A stretch of DNA of 64,000 nt from Octopus vulgaris (Eukaryota): NCBI GenBank assembly GCA_951406725.2, contig OX597822.1, positions 69,998,001 to 70,062,000 of the forward strand. Direction: 5' to 3'. This document shows, one piece after another, positions 39,722-51,555 of the stretch; the first letter of the stretch is position 1, and each line of letters begins with the position of its first letter. The notes beneath the pieces were generated by a model. That model was not told the origin of the DNA and made no database searches. It worked only from the letters and a program-made list of their open reading frames with translations. The position numbers were made by a program, and so were the translations under genes.

Positions 39722-41094
39722 ATATATATCATCATCATCATCATTATCATCTATATATACACACACATACATGATGGACTTCTTTCAGTTTCCATCTTCC
39801 AAATCCACTTACAAGGTACAAATTCACAAGGAAAATCCATTTACAAGGTCCAAATCCACAAGGCTCCGGCAGGGGGGGGGGCGAACCCTGCTGTACTCTT
39901 TCACTACAACTTTCTCTCACTCTTTCTTCCTGCTTCTCTTGTACCTGTATTTCAAAGGACCAGCCTTGTCACACACTGTGTCATGCTGAATCTCCCTGAG
40001 AACTACGTTAAGGGTATACGTGACTGTGGAGTGCTCAACCACTTGCACGTTAATTTCACGAGCAAGCTGTTCTGTTGATTGGATCAACTGGAACCCTCAT
40101 CGTTGCAACATATACAAATGAAAACCAGAAAGATGGTGTGATTTAAAGGAGACTTGGATCATTATTTCTATCAGATTGACATACTCTATATAAGCTTTGG
40201 CAGAGTTTCAGAATAACTGTTCCTTTGTAACTTATGGATTTAGTTTCAGAAAGAGAAAGGAAGTTTTTTGAGGTGAAATATATCTCAAAAAACCGGAGCA
40301 GGGAAGAAAAAAACTGAAAGACGAACTGTTTTGCTTTTTGGGAGGAATCATCACCATTTCACTTCTGTTTTTTATGTTAGCATAAATTGGATGCCTCATG
40401 CCAGCAGTCCAACAATATTCACACTTGCTAACAAACTTTTACATGCGTGAATAAATTTCTAAACAATAACAGATCCCCCAAATTGAATCAATAAAAATTT
40501 CTCTGAAAATATCTCTCCGTAGTGACTCACCTTAAGACCTAAATTACCACTCCATTCAAACCCACATACACAAGAAAGATTTAAATTCAACAGAGACTAT
40601 ATTAAGCCAATATCAACTTCAATGGATCACAGCCCAATGATGACTTACCTGGCTGAGACTTTGAAGTCACAGTCAACTATATTCTTATTTAACAAGAATA
40701 CAAACACACACACACAAAATCACATATGATAGACTTCTTTCGCTTTTCATCGACCCAATCCACTCATAAGGCATAGATTGGTCTGAGATGCTTGCCCAAG
40801 GTGTTGTGCAGTGGGATCGAACCAGTAATCCCATGGCTAGGTAAGCAAGCTGCTCAACCACTCACCCACGCACATACCTAATGCTGCATCTGTGCCAGAA
40901 GTTTGAAAATTTGAAATCAAAGATGTTGCTACTTTATAGAACAAAATAAATGTCATACAAATCTTCCCTTTGAGATGAATAACACACACACACATTTATA
41001 TATATATAAGTATATATATATACATATATATACATATATACATATATACATAAATATATATACATACATACATGTGTATATACACATATAAATA

Positions 41095-41145
<51 letters not shown>

Positions 41146-42019
41146 GTATATATATATATATATGTATACATGCACACACATCCACATCCACACACATGTG
41201 TGTGTATATATATGCATGCTTATATACATGTGGATAAGTATGTGCAGGTGCATACAAAGAATGCACACACACACACACAAATAAACATATAGATGAATTT
41301 ATAATTAGATAGATAGATAGATATATAGATAACATTTCTCTCTCTCATAAATCCATATGCATTTATCAAAAAATACTTTTGAAATATAATTTGAAGAGAA
41401 ATAACAAAAATTAGAGAAAACTCATGTTGAATGACATAGACATTGTAAATATCATTTCTAATGTTGTTGTAAGTAGGACATCCAAATGTGAACAGAGATT
41501 TTTAAAATGTTCATGTGAACAGAAGGGTGTTAACCAGAATATAGAGAAAATATAAATATAAATATTAAAATAGAAATAATATCAAAATAAACATGAACAA
41601 AGGAAAAATCAAGCAACATAATTATTATGAAAAAAATTATTAGTGGAGTTATTATATCGTAGCAGTACCAATGGAAATTCAGGGTTGTTCAGATAACTAA
41701 AAGAAATTTTATTGAGAATTATGAAATCTTTATCGTTCTCTTTTTACTGTTTTCAGTCATTGGATTGCAGGCATTCAAGTACCTTGAATGGTTGAGGTCG
41801 AACAAATCAACTCCCCTGAAACTTACTTGTTTCAGTCATTTGACTGTGGCCATGCTGGAGCACTGCCTTTAGTTGAACAAATCATCGCCATAACTTCTTC
41901 TTTGTAAGCCTAGTACTTATTCTATCGGTCACTTTTGCTGAACCGCTACAGGGTTACAGGGACGTAAACACACCAGCATCGGTTGTCAAGTGATGGTGGG
42001 TAGACAAACACAGACACAA

Positions 42020-42064
<45 letters not shown>

Positions 42065-42199
42065 CACACACACACACATATATATATGTGTGTGTGTGTA
42101 TATATATATATATAAAACACTTGCCCAAGTTGCCACACTGTAGAACTGAACCCAGAACCATGTGGTTGGTAAACAAGCTACTTCCCACTCAGCCACTCC

Positions 42200-42294
<95 letters not shown>

Positions 42295-42386
42295 GAGATA
42301 AAACCACTATTTTGCAAATCAAACAAAGAAAGACTTAATCCAATACATAAAAAAATTTTAATATAAATTAAATAAAATTATATTCG

Positions 42387-42432
42387 CCACTACAATTGTT
42401 TCATGTCTCTTCTCAGGACATTCATCAGGTGG
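42387..42432 (-). ncRNA. type I hammerhead ribozyme motif, - strand copy
   Basis: Exact reverse complement of 42489-42534. Confidence 0.8.
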
Positions 42433-42488
42433 ATTTCAGATCTAAAAATAATCAATATTTTTAAGATATAAATTTATAATTTATAAAT

Positions 42489-42534
42489 CCACCTGATGAA
42501 TGTCCTGAGAAGAGACATGAAACAATTGTAGTGG
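42489..42534 (+). ncRNA. type I hammerhead ribozyme motif (minimal, palindromic helix III)
   Basis: CCAC-CUGAUGA-AUGUC[CUGAGAAGA]GACAU-GAAA-CAAUUG-UA-GUGG. All core residues are canonical; GUA cleavage predicted after 42530. Confidence 0.85.
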
Positions 42535-42721
42535 CGAATATAATTTTATTTAATTTATATTAAATTTTTTTTATGTATTGGATTAAGTCTTTCTTTGTTT
42601 GATTTGCAAAATAGTGGTTTTGTCTCTAATTAATATTATATAATATTTTACTATAAAATTGGATTCAATCCTAAATCTGATTTTCCCTGTAAATTTGGAT
42701 TTATTCCCTAATATTTATTAT

Positions 42722-42756
<35 letters not shown>

Positions 42757-42843
42757 ATAATACACATACATATACACATACACATATAAATGTATATATA
42801 TATATATATCTTTATCAACAAACATTGGAGTGATGAGTGAGTT

Positions 42844-43027
42844 GACATATTTTTAAAAATTAAGAAAATCTTGAAGACTAAAGAATAGCTGTGAAAACAG
42901 CTTTAGAAAATTGCGTAAAAATACACCTACAGATGTCTATAGGAGTATTTTCACCTGATTTTCTTAAGCTGTTTTCACAGCTATTCTTTAGTCTTCAAGA
43001 TTTTCTTAATTTCTAAACATATATGTG

Positions 43028-43029
<2 letters not shown>
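42844..43029. repeat. ~85-bp-arm foldback between microsatellites
   Basis: AATTAAGAAAATCTTGAAGACTAAAGAATAGCTGTGAAAACAGCTT pairs with AAGCTGTTTTCACAGCTATTCTTTAGTCTTCAAGATTTTCTTAATT. Confidence 0.85.
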
Positions 43030-43100
<71 letters not shown>

Positions 43101-43304
43101 ACACACACACACAGCTTTCCTTCTCTCTCTTGCTCAATCTATCTATAGATAGATTTGTATATATACATATATATATATGCATATGCATATATATATGTGT
43201 GTGTATTTGTATTTGTAAATACACATATATGCACCCACTATATGTATATACATATGTCTGTGCATATATGTGTATGTATATATAATCATACATTGTCTAC
43301 ACTC

Positions 43305-43335
<31 letters not shown>

Positions 43336-43985
43336 TGACTGCACATTTCATGGATGGTCTGCAGAGACCTCACTGTTCTCTTCAGGTCATAGGAAATGGC
43401 AATAAGAATTCTATATGTCATGGCATTTTAACATTGTGATTTTTACCATTACAAAAACCCAATTAGTTGTTTAAAATAGTCTAAATAAAGTTGGTTGAAT
43501 GATGGAGGCTGCAGCAATGTTTTTAACAGTCACTTCATATATCGTGGTTAGTATGTTAAGTTGGCAACTGCCAAGATTCCATTTTATTACCAGGAACTTT
43601 TGCATAATGGTGGACAATATGCCTATTACAGTGTGTTTTCCTTGTAGGATTTCTGTGGTTAATTTTGGAAGGAATAAAAGCTATGTTAGTCTCTGAAGGA
43701 TTCTCAGTCAGGATCTTTAGAGACCAAACTAAATTAATCTGAAGATTGTAGTTTTGGTGGCCATCTTGTTGCGGTTAGATTTGTTGTTATTATTCAGCGA
43801 ATTGTAATTGAATTGCTTAATTATTATTATTATTTTGCATGTTACATGCATGCACACACACACACACATACAAACACACAGATGTATGTATGTATGTATG
43901 TATGTATGTATGTATGTATGTATGTATGTATGTATGTATGTATGTATGTGTGTATGTATGTGTGTATGTATGTGTGTATGTATGC

Positions 43986-44033
<48 letters not shown>

Positions 44034-44138
44034 TAGGATGACTACTTGATAAGTGCAAGCACCTGTATACACCAGCTAGTAGCAGAGGTAAGAGGGTATA
44101 TGTATCAAATGAAATCAAAAACAGAACACAAAGGATGT

Positions 44139-44231
44139 CACGGTACACGTGTTTCAAGCTTTATAAACAACCTATTCTTACATCAGTGTATAATAGACAT
44201 AAAAGATGGTTTAAAGCTCTCTTCAGCTGCA
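44139..44231 (-). ncRNA. type I hammerhead motif with long stem II loop
   Basis: On the - strand: UGCAG-CUGAAGA-GAGCUUUA-[~48 nt]-UAAAGCUU-GAAA-CACGUG-UA-CCGUG, with one A-C mismatch in stem I. Confidence 0.65.
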
Positions 44232-44266
44232 TACAATTGTTATTCCAAAGAGTTACATCACACTAC

Positions 44267-44354
<88 letters not shown>

Positions 44355-44448
44355 TATATAGAAGGAGTTTACACATAGTATGTCACACACAAGACACACA
44401 CACACAGTCCTGTAGAAGCCCTTCATATATATATATATGTATATATAT

Positions 44449-44505
<57 letters not shown>

Positions 44506-45096
44506 CACCATCCAAACATGGTCAATGCCAGGTCCGCCTGACTGACTCTCGTGCCAGTGACACATAAAAAGCACTATCTGAATGTGGCTCATGCCAATAC
44601 CTGCTGACTGGCTCCCATGCTGGTGGCATGTAAAAAGCACCCACTATACTCTTGGAGTGGTTGGACTTAGGGAGAGCATCCAGCTGTAGAAACATTGCCA
44701 GATTAGATTGGAGCCTGGTGCAGTTGCTGACTCTCCAGACCTCAGTCAAACCGTCCAACCCATGCCAGCTTGGAAAATGGACGTTAAATGATGATGATGA
44801 TGATGATGATGGTGTAGATGTATATACATTTGGGTATATACATACATACATATGTATACATATAAGCAGAGACACACGCATATACACATCATATTATGTG
44901 TGTGTGTCTTCATTTGTTCATTTCATATTGGATGAGTACTAACTGAGGCATTATTTTGATGGTCAGCCACTGGTCAGTTTACATGACAAGGAGTTTATGG
45001 AATATAACGTCAACTGGAAATACAAACCGATGACACCATTTTCTCACCCTGACAATCTCATAATGATAACTTTCACACACCCACACCATGAACTCT

Positions 45097-45377
45097 GTAA
45101 ATTTCCCTCCATGAAACTGCAATTGTGAATATAAAGGCGAGATCAGTAGTCTTTTAACAATAAAGTTAGAGAATCATCATAAAGCCATAATCTTGTAGTC
45201 TCCATAGGGAGACAGAAAAATCAGACATGGTCGATCATTTGTGGAGAGGAAAGAGAAATTATCAACCCTTGTAAAACATAGTGAAGATAAAAAAAGATAG
45301 GAAACAGCACTAGAAGATAAGACAACTAAAAGAATTATCACATATGTTGGGCTTTGGTAATCTTCTCGGTAGACCTG
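45097..45377 (+). pseudogene. decayed Penelope-like element GIY-YIG endonuclease fragment
   Basis: VNFPP*NCNCEYKGEISSLLTIKLENHHKAI and, after a frameshift, RETEKSDMVDHLWRGKRNYQPL*NIVKIKKDRKQH*KIRQLKELSHMLGFGNLLGRP. This follows the PLE pattern VY.IPC.C...YxGET.R.L..R..EH...KS..A.H.....W..VKI.D.E..W..R..KE. Confidence 0.7.
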
Positions 45378-47254
45378 TCTAGTATAGATATATATGTCAT
45401 ATGGGAATGTTTATTTAAGAAAGAAAAACATTAAGATTATAACAATAAAAATGCTATGTTTAAAGCTCTAATTTTTATTATCTAGAGTGAGGGCGTTGCC
45501 AGTGCCACTGGATTGGCTTCTGTGCAGGTGACACGTAAAAAACATCATTTGAGCATGGCCATTGCCAGTACCACCTGACTGGCCTTCGTGCCAGTGGGAT
45601 GTAAAAGCATTCACTACACTCTCGGAGTGGTTGGCATTAGGAAGGGCATCAAGCTGTAGAATCTCTGCCAGATCAGATTGGATCCTGGTGCAGCCATCTA
45701 GCTCACCAGTTTCCAGTCAAACCCATGCCAGCATGGAAAGTGGATGTTAAACGATGATGATGATGATGATGATGTCTGATGGGACAATGACACAGTGAAT
45801 ATAAACACAGGTGTAGGCATGGCTGTGTGGTAAGAAGCTTGTGTGGAATATGCAAGCAACATTACATGCAGGAGTATAATAGATTTGAGGAATGATCAGT
45901 AGGAACTGCAAGTCCAAATTGTTCCTCAAATGCACAAGGTGAGTACACCACATTCCCCCTATCCAGGGTGGGGGGAATAGATGCACCACATTCCCCACCA
46001 TCCAGTGGGGAATAGATACACCACAGAAACTGGGAAACAATGAGACTCTAAGATTCAGGGTGGATTGCTTTATCCTATTTAGCTTATCCTAATGATGCAT
46101 GAGTTAGGGAAGGTAAAGGGATGTAGAAGAGAGCAGGGGAGAATGACAGGATAGTGACAATGATAGTAATGATGATACAATTTACAGGCGTGGGGAGGAT
46201 AAGAGAGAGGGGATATATAGTTGGGTAGGCTGCAGGAGTGTGAGGGGAGGGTAGAGAAGTGGGTGTAGTGCATGAGGGGAGATAAGTTAGTGGTTCAAGG
46301 AGGTGGAGGATGATCACTGTAACATATGAGTGAAGCATACAATAATAATTAAATGAAGAATGGCTAACAAATGAAGTAATTTCAATCAATATAAAATAAG
46401 CCATTTAAGTATTTTCTGACAGAAATGGTAATGAATTACTTCTCTTTTGCACTTATTGTTCCACAATAATTTTGTAAGGGTAATTCTACAAATTTTGATA
46501 TTTGCATCTTTGTGGATGGATGCATTCAAATATCCATAAGTAAAACCCCGTGCTTAGTGGAGCAATTAGTTTCATGGATGAGAGGCTTTCCATATTATTA
46601 TTGATATTTATCGACTAATTGATTTTTTAAAACCTGATTCAAAGCCATTGATTGTTATTAGGGTAGGGATAATCAACTGGATCAATTACCGTATATCAAC
46701 CATGGTTATTGTCTTACTTCTGCTCCTGCATTTGAAATCAGAACAGTATGAAATCAAATTAAGTTCACTAAACACCCAGTTTGGTGTTCTACTAATTCAG
46801 ATATGTTCTACTATTCAAATAGTCCCTAATTACTTTCCTGAATCTAACCTTTGCCTGTTTCCAAGTTAGATAATATTTCCATATGGCCAGGCAATTTTTC
46901 AAAGAATATTTATTTCTTTATTTCCCACAGGGGGCTAAACATAGAGGGGACAAACAAGGACAGACAAAGGGATTAAGTTGATTACATTGACCCCAGTGCA
47001 TAACTGGTACTTATTTAATCAACCCGAAAGGATGAAAGGCAAAGTTGACCTCGGTGGAATTTAAGCTCAGAATGTAATGGCAGATGAAATACCGCTAAGC
47101 ATTTCACCTGGCATGCTAACGATTCTGCCAGCTTGCTGCCTTATTCATCTACAACACTCATGTGATGTCAATACAAGAAGACACAAGCAAACACACACAC
47201 GCACATAGACGTGGCTGTGTCACCCTACTACTACTTCACAACTAGTAGTGGTTT

Positions 47255-47427
47255 TCAGTTCTATATTTAAGAGATGAGGAATTATGTACATCATTTACAT
47301 TTGACAGATATTTGTCCTCATCTTGTTTATTGTTAACACAACATTTTGGCTGATATACCCTTAAGCCTTCATCAGCTGTCTTGGGGAAATTTTGAACCTG
47401 AGTTCTCATTCTCATAGTATTTTTCTA

Positions 47428-47481
<54 letters not shown>

Positions 47482-47565
47482 CATTATTATTTAGGTCAAT
47501 GCCTGGAATCAAACTCAGAATCTTGGGGTTAGTAGCCCGCGTTCTTAACCATTACGCCATATGCC
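47255..47565 (-). mobile_element. tRNA-headed SINE with internal (TAA)n and hammerhead-type tail
   Basis: On the - strand: A-box TGGCGTAATGG, B-box-like GTTTGATTCC, (TAA)n, then CTGATGAAGGCT..TATATCAGCC-AAAATGTT-GTGT. An inverted copy of the tail lies at 47566-47660. Confidence 0.7.
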
Positions 47566-48490
47566 CTGATGAAGGCTGGAAAGTATATCAACTGAAATGT
47601 TGTGTTAGCAACAAACAAGATGAAGACAAATATTTGTCAAATGTAAATAATGTAAATAATGTAGTATTGGTTTGTTTACATTCTTGTCACTTGGAAGTTC
47701 AGCAAAAGTTTATGATAAGATAAATACTAAACTTGAAAAGAAATAAGTACTGTGATTGATTTATGTGACAAAAACCCTTCAAGGCATGCCCCAGCATGGC
47801 AACAGTCCAATGACTAAAGCAAGTAAAAGATAATATTAGGGAGTCTTCAAAAGGCAATGGACATTAACTGTCTTCTTCCAAATAAACCATAAAAAGAGAG
47901 ACATTTTGTAAGAGTTAAGCAATATGGATTAACAAATAAAATTTTAAAATTTTATGGGGTTTTTTGCGTTGAGGAAGAATTTCTGTTTTTGTTTACCTTT
48001 TCTTCTTGTTTTGCTGTTAATATTTTAATCAATAATTATGAGTTTTCTGAAATGTCAGTCTTCATCAAATGTCACTCTAAATCCAAATCAAACTATTTAA
48101 GCACAAACAACACCTGAACAGGTATAGTATGTGTGTCTCGTTAAAGTTCTCAGCTCTGCTACTGATATAAAGTGCAACGTATATTTGTTTCAGTTTACTC
48201 AGAAAAAGAGAGAAATGTATATATATGTATGTGTGAGTGTGTGTGTGTGTGTGTGAATGTTTGTGTGTGTGTATGTAATATGTGTATATATATACTCACA
48301 CACATATATACACACATGCACATATATGTAAATGTATACATACACACACAAGCATATATTATATATATGTATATACATTTGTAAATGTTTATATATATAT
48401 ATATTATAAATATCTGTAAATATGCATGTGTGTGTGTGGATGTGTGTGTGTGTGTGCGTGTGTGTGTGCATATATATACATGTATATATG

Positions 48491-49761
48491 TTGCGTCATC
48501 CCATAAATAATGTGTTTTTTTAATACATCTTTTATTTTTTGAAATTAAGGTATTTTAACCTAAAATATACTCTTTCATTTTCCACAATGCTCTTCCATCT
48601 ATGTGGTAGACTTGCAAGGCCCCTTTCCAAAATTCACTTGTCCGTGATAAAAAAATACTCCTTCAGTACTGTTGTGACCTCGTCTACAGAATTCATATTT
48701 TTTCTGTCCAAATGATTTTGAAGACTACGGAATAAATGATAATCAGATGGGGCAATGTCTGGCGAATATGGTGGGTGGGTATCGTTTCCCATACAAACTG
48801 CTCCTGTCTTTGGAATGACATCCTCGCTGTATGTAGTCAAGCATTATCCTGATGGAAGAACACCTTTCATCTTGAAACCAAAAGATGGACGTTTTTCTTC
48901 TAGTGCTGATTTAAGCCACTCAAGCTGCTCATAGTAGATCTCCTTTGTTATTATCTGGTTTAGGTTTAAAAATTCAAAGTGGATTAAACCTTTTATATCC
49001 TACCAAACAGAAAACATCCCCTTATGTGGGTGAAGACCTTTAGCCTGGGGTGTCGATGTTTCTCCTTTCCTTACCTACTGTCTTCGGCACTTGTTATTTC
49101 TATAAAGAACCCATTTCTCACCACCAGTCACTATTCGGTCCTAAAAAGGTTCATTTGTGAGACATGACAGCAAAGAAGAGCACACATTCCCTCTCTGTGA
49201 TTGATTAGACTAGGAAAGTTTGTGAGGAACCTATTGATCCTATTTTCTGACTTTTCCAATGGTACACAAGTGTCAATGAATGGTTGAATGACCAAATCCA
49301 AGCTTCTCTGCTTGTTCCTCAACAGTTACAATGGGATTTTGTTCCACCAGGGTTTGCAGGACGTCCTCATTGAGCTTTACAGATTTTCCAGGATGTGACT
49401 TGTCATCTAGGCTGTAGTTTCCAGCTCAGAATTTCTGGAACCACCATTGACACCGGTTTACATTTATTGTCCAATCCCTGTATACTGCATTAATATTCCT
49501 CGCGCTTTCCATTGTGTTGTTGCCTTTATTGAACTCACAAAGCAAAGTATGCCAAACATGCTCCTTTGTCAATTCCATTACAGCTTTACAATAAATAACT
49601 GTTAAAATCAAACTGCAGTTTTCAAAATTTGCACAAAGAATAAGTACAAGGTAAAATTACTACCTGCTTTTATAGCAAGTTGTTGCAGGTAGTTTATCCT
49701 GTCCCCCTCCGACTTTTAGTTCATGCAATTGAAAAAACTGCATTATTTATGGATGACGTAA
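48491..49761 (-). mobile_element. full-length, degenerate mariner transposon
   Basis: TIRs TTGCGTCATCCCATAAATAATG / CATTATTTATGGATGACGTAA, about 1.27 kb apart. Confidence 0.92.
48555..49578 (-). pseudogene. mariner transposase pseudogene
   Basis: MELTKEHVWHTLLCEFNKG..WWFQKF; DRIVTGGEKWVLY (first catalytic D mutated); VFFHQDNA; HPPYSPDIAPSDYHLFRSLQNHL. Contains frameshifts and stops. Confidence 0.92.
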
Positions 49762-50149
49762 TGTATTATACACACACACACACATGATATATACATATAT
49801 ATACATAGAGTGAAAGAGAGAAATAGGGAGAGAGTGGGAGAGATAGAAGAGAGAGAGAGTGAGAGAGCAGAGCAAGGGAAAGAGAGTGAGAGAGAGTGTG
49901 TGTGTGTGGAAGGGGAGAGAGAATGAAGGGAGAGAGAGGTAGAGAGAAGGAGAGTGAGATGGATGGACTGACAGACAGACAGACCACATTCATTTCCAGA
50001 CTGTTTAGAAAGAAAGCCCATGTCTCTGTAAAATACCTGTGCAAATAATTCATGCAATGGTAGAAGTTTGCAGAGCAATCCTGTCTATGCCAACAACAAA
50101 TAATAAGAGAATATATACTGACAATGTTTTTAATATTGAAATATGTTAA

Positions 50150-50723
50150 GGCGTGCTGGCAGGAACGTTAGCAGGCCGGGTGAAATGCTTAGCAGTATTT
50201 CGTCTGCCGTTATTACATTCTGAGTTCAAATTCCGCCGAGGTCGACTTTGCCTTTCATCCTTTCGGGGTCGATTAAATAAGTACCAGTCACGCACTGAGG
50301 TCGATATAATCGACTTAATCCGTTTGTCTGTCCTTGTTTGTAGCCTCTGTGTTTAGCCCCTTGTGGGTAGTAAAGAAATAGGTATTTTGCCTGCCGTTAC
50401 GTTCTGAGTTCAAATTCTGCCAAGGTCGACTTTACCTTTCATCCTTTTGGGATCGATAAATTAAGTACCAGTTATGCACTGGGGTCGATATAATCAACTT
50501 AATCCGTTTGTCTATCCTTGTTCATCCCCTCTGTGTTTAGCCCCTTGTGGGTAGTAAACAAATAGGTGTTTTGCCTGTCTTTACGTTCTGAGTTCAAATT
50601 CTGCCAAGGTCGACTCTCATCCTTCTGGAGTCGATAAATTAAGTACCAGTTGCATACTGGGGTTGATCTAATCAGCTGGCCCCTTCCCAAGAATTTTGGG
50701 CTTTGTGCCTAGAGTAGAAAAGA
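50150..50723 (+). mobile_element. SINE family A with three tandem central modules
   Basis: Three repeats of TTCTGAGTTCAAATTC..GGTCGACT..TCATCCTT..TAAGTACCAGT..CACTG.GGTCGAT. Confidence 0.85.
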
Positions 50724-50895
50724 AAATAAGTACTGGGGTTAATTTGTTCAACTAAAACCTTCAAAGCAGTGCTCCAGCATGGCTGCAGTACAAACACTAA
50801 AATAAGTAAAAGTTAAAAGATAAAAGATCTGGCTTAACTGGGAAACAAACCATTGAAAGGCTGAATATACATTTTTTAGAAGAGTACCCTTTACT

Positions 50896-51555
50896 CATTG
50901 GGCAATATACTGTTCTTGAGAAGACCTCTTAAGTCAAGTGAAATTATTGTCGTGGCCGATGCCAGTACTGCCTAACTGGCTCCTGTGCTGGTGGCACATA
51001 AAAAGCACCATTTGAGTGTGGTCGATGCCAGTCCCACTGGACTAGCTCCTGTGCCAGTGGAATGTGAAAAGCACCATTCAAGCATGGTCAATGCCAGTGC
51101 TGTCTCACTGGCTTCTGCGCTGGTGGCGTGTAAAAAGCACCATTTGAACGTGGTTGTTGCCAGTGGCATGTAAAAAGGACCATTTGAGTGTAGTTGTTGC
51201 CAGTACTGCCTGATTGGCTCCAATGCCAGTGGCATATAAAAAGCACCATTTGAGCGTGATCGTTGCCAGTGCTGCCTGACTGGCTCCAGTGCCAGTGGCA
51301 TGTAAAAAGCACCATTCGAGCGTGGTCGTTGCCAATGATGCCTGATTGGCCCCACCATGCTGGTGAAATGTAAGAAGCACCCACTACACTCTCAGAGTGG
51401 TTGGCATTAGGAAGGGCATCCAGCTGTTGAAACTTTGCCAGATCAGATTGGAGCCTGGTGCAGCCTTCTGGCTTGCCAGTCCTCAGTCAAACCGTCCAAC
51501 ACATGCCAGCATGGAAAACGAACGTTAAATGGTGATGACGATGATGATGATGATA
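50896..51555 (+). mobile_element. RTE-clade LINE 3' end with ~7 tandem ~60-70-bp units in the 3' UTR
   Basis: Begins with a W-QYTVLEKTS*VK* ORF-end remnant. Units TGCCAGT..CTGACTGGCTCC.GTGCC.GTGGCA.GTAAAAAGCACCATT.GAGCGTGGTCG, then a (GAT)n tail. Confidence 0.7.

Larger units (their letters stand above)
42293..42722. mobile_element. PLE-type foldback insertion in (TA)n
   Basis: Arms 42293-42436 and 42485-42628, plus an unpaired extension to ~42722. Each arm carries a hammerhead motif. Confidence 0.75.

Noticed and set aside
43370-43800. Possible decayed RT fragment on the - strand
   Set aside because: Only a vague LSTIMQKFL resemblance; too degraded to call.
50950-51382. CRISPR array, or pistol/HDV ribozyme array
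   Set aside because: No unique spacers. The unit has a pistol-like stem plus A-tract but lacks P2/P3, and does not fit HDV topology by eye.
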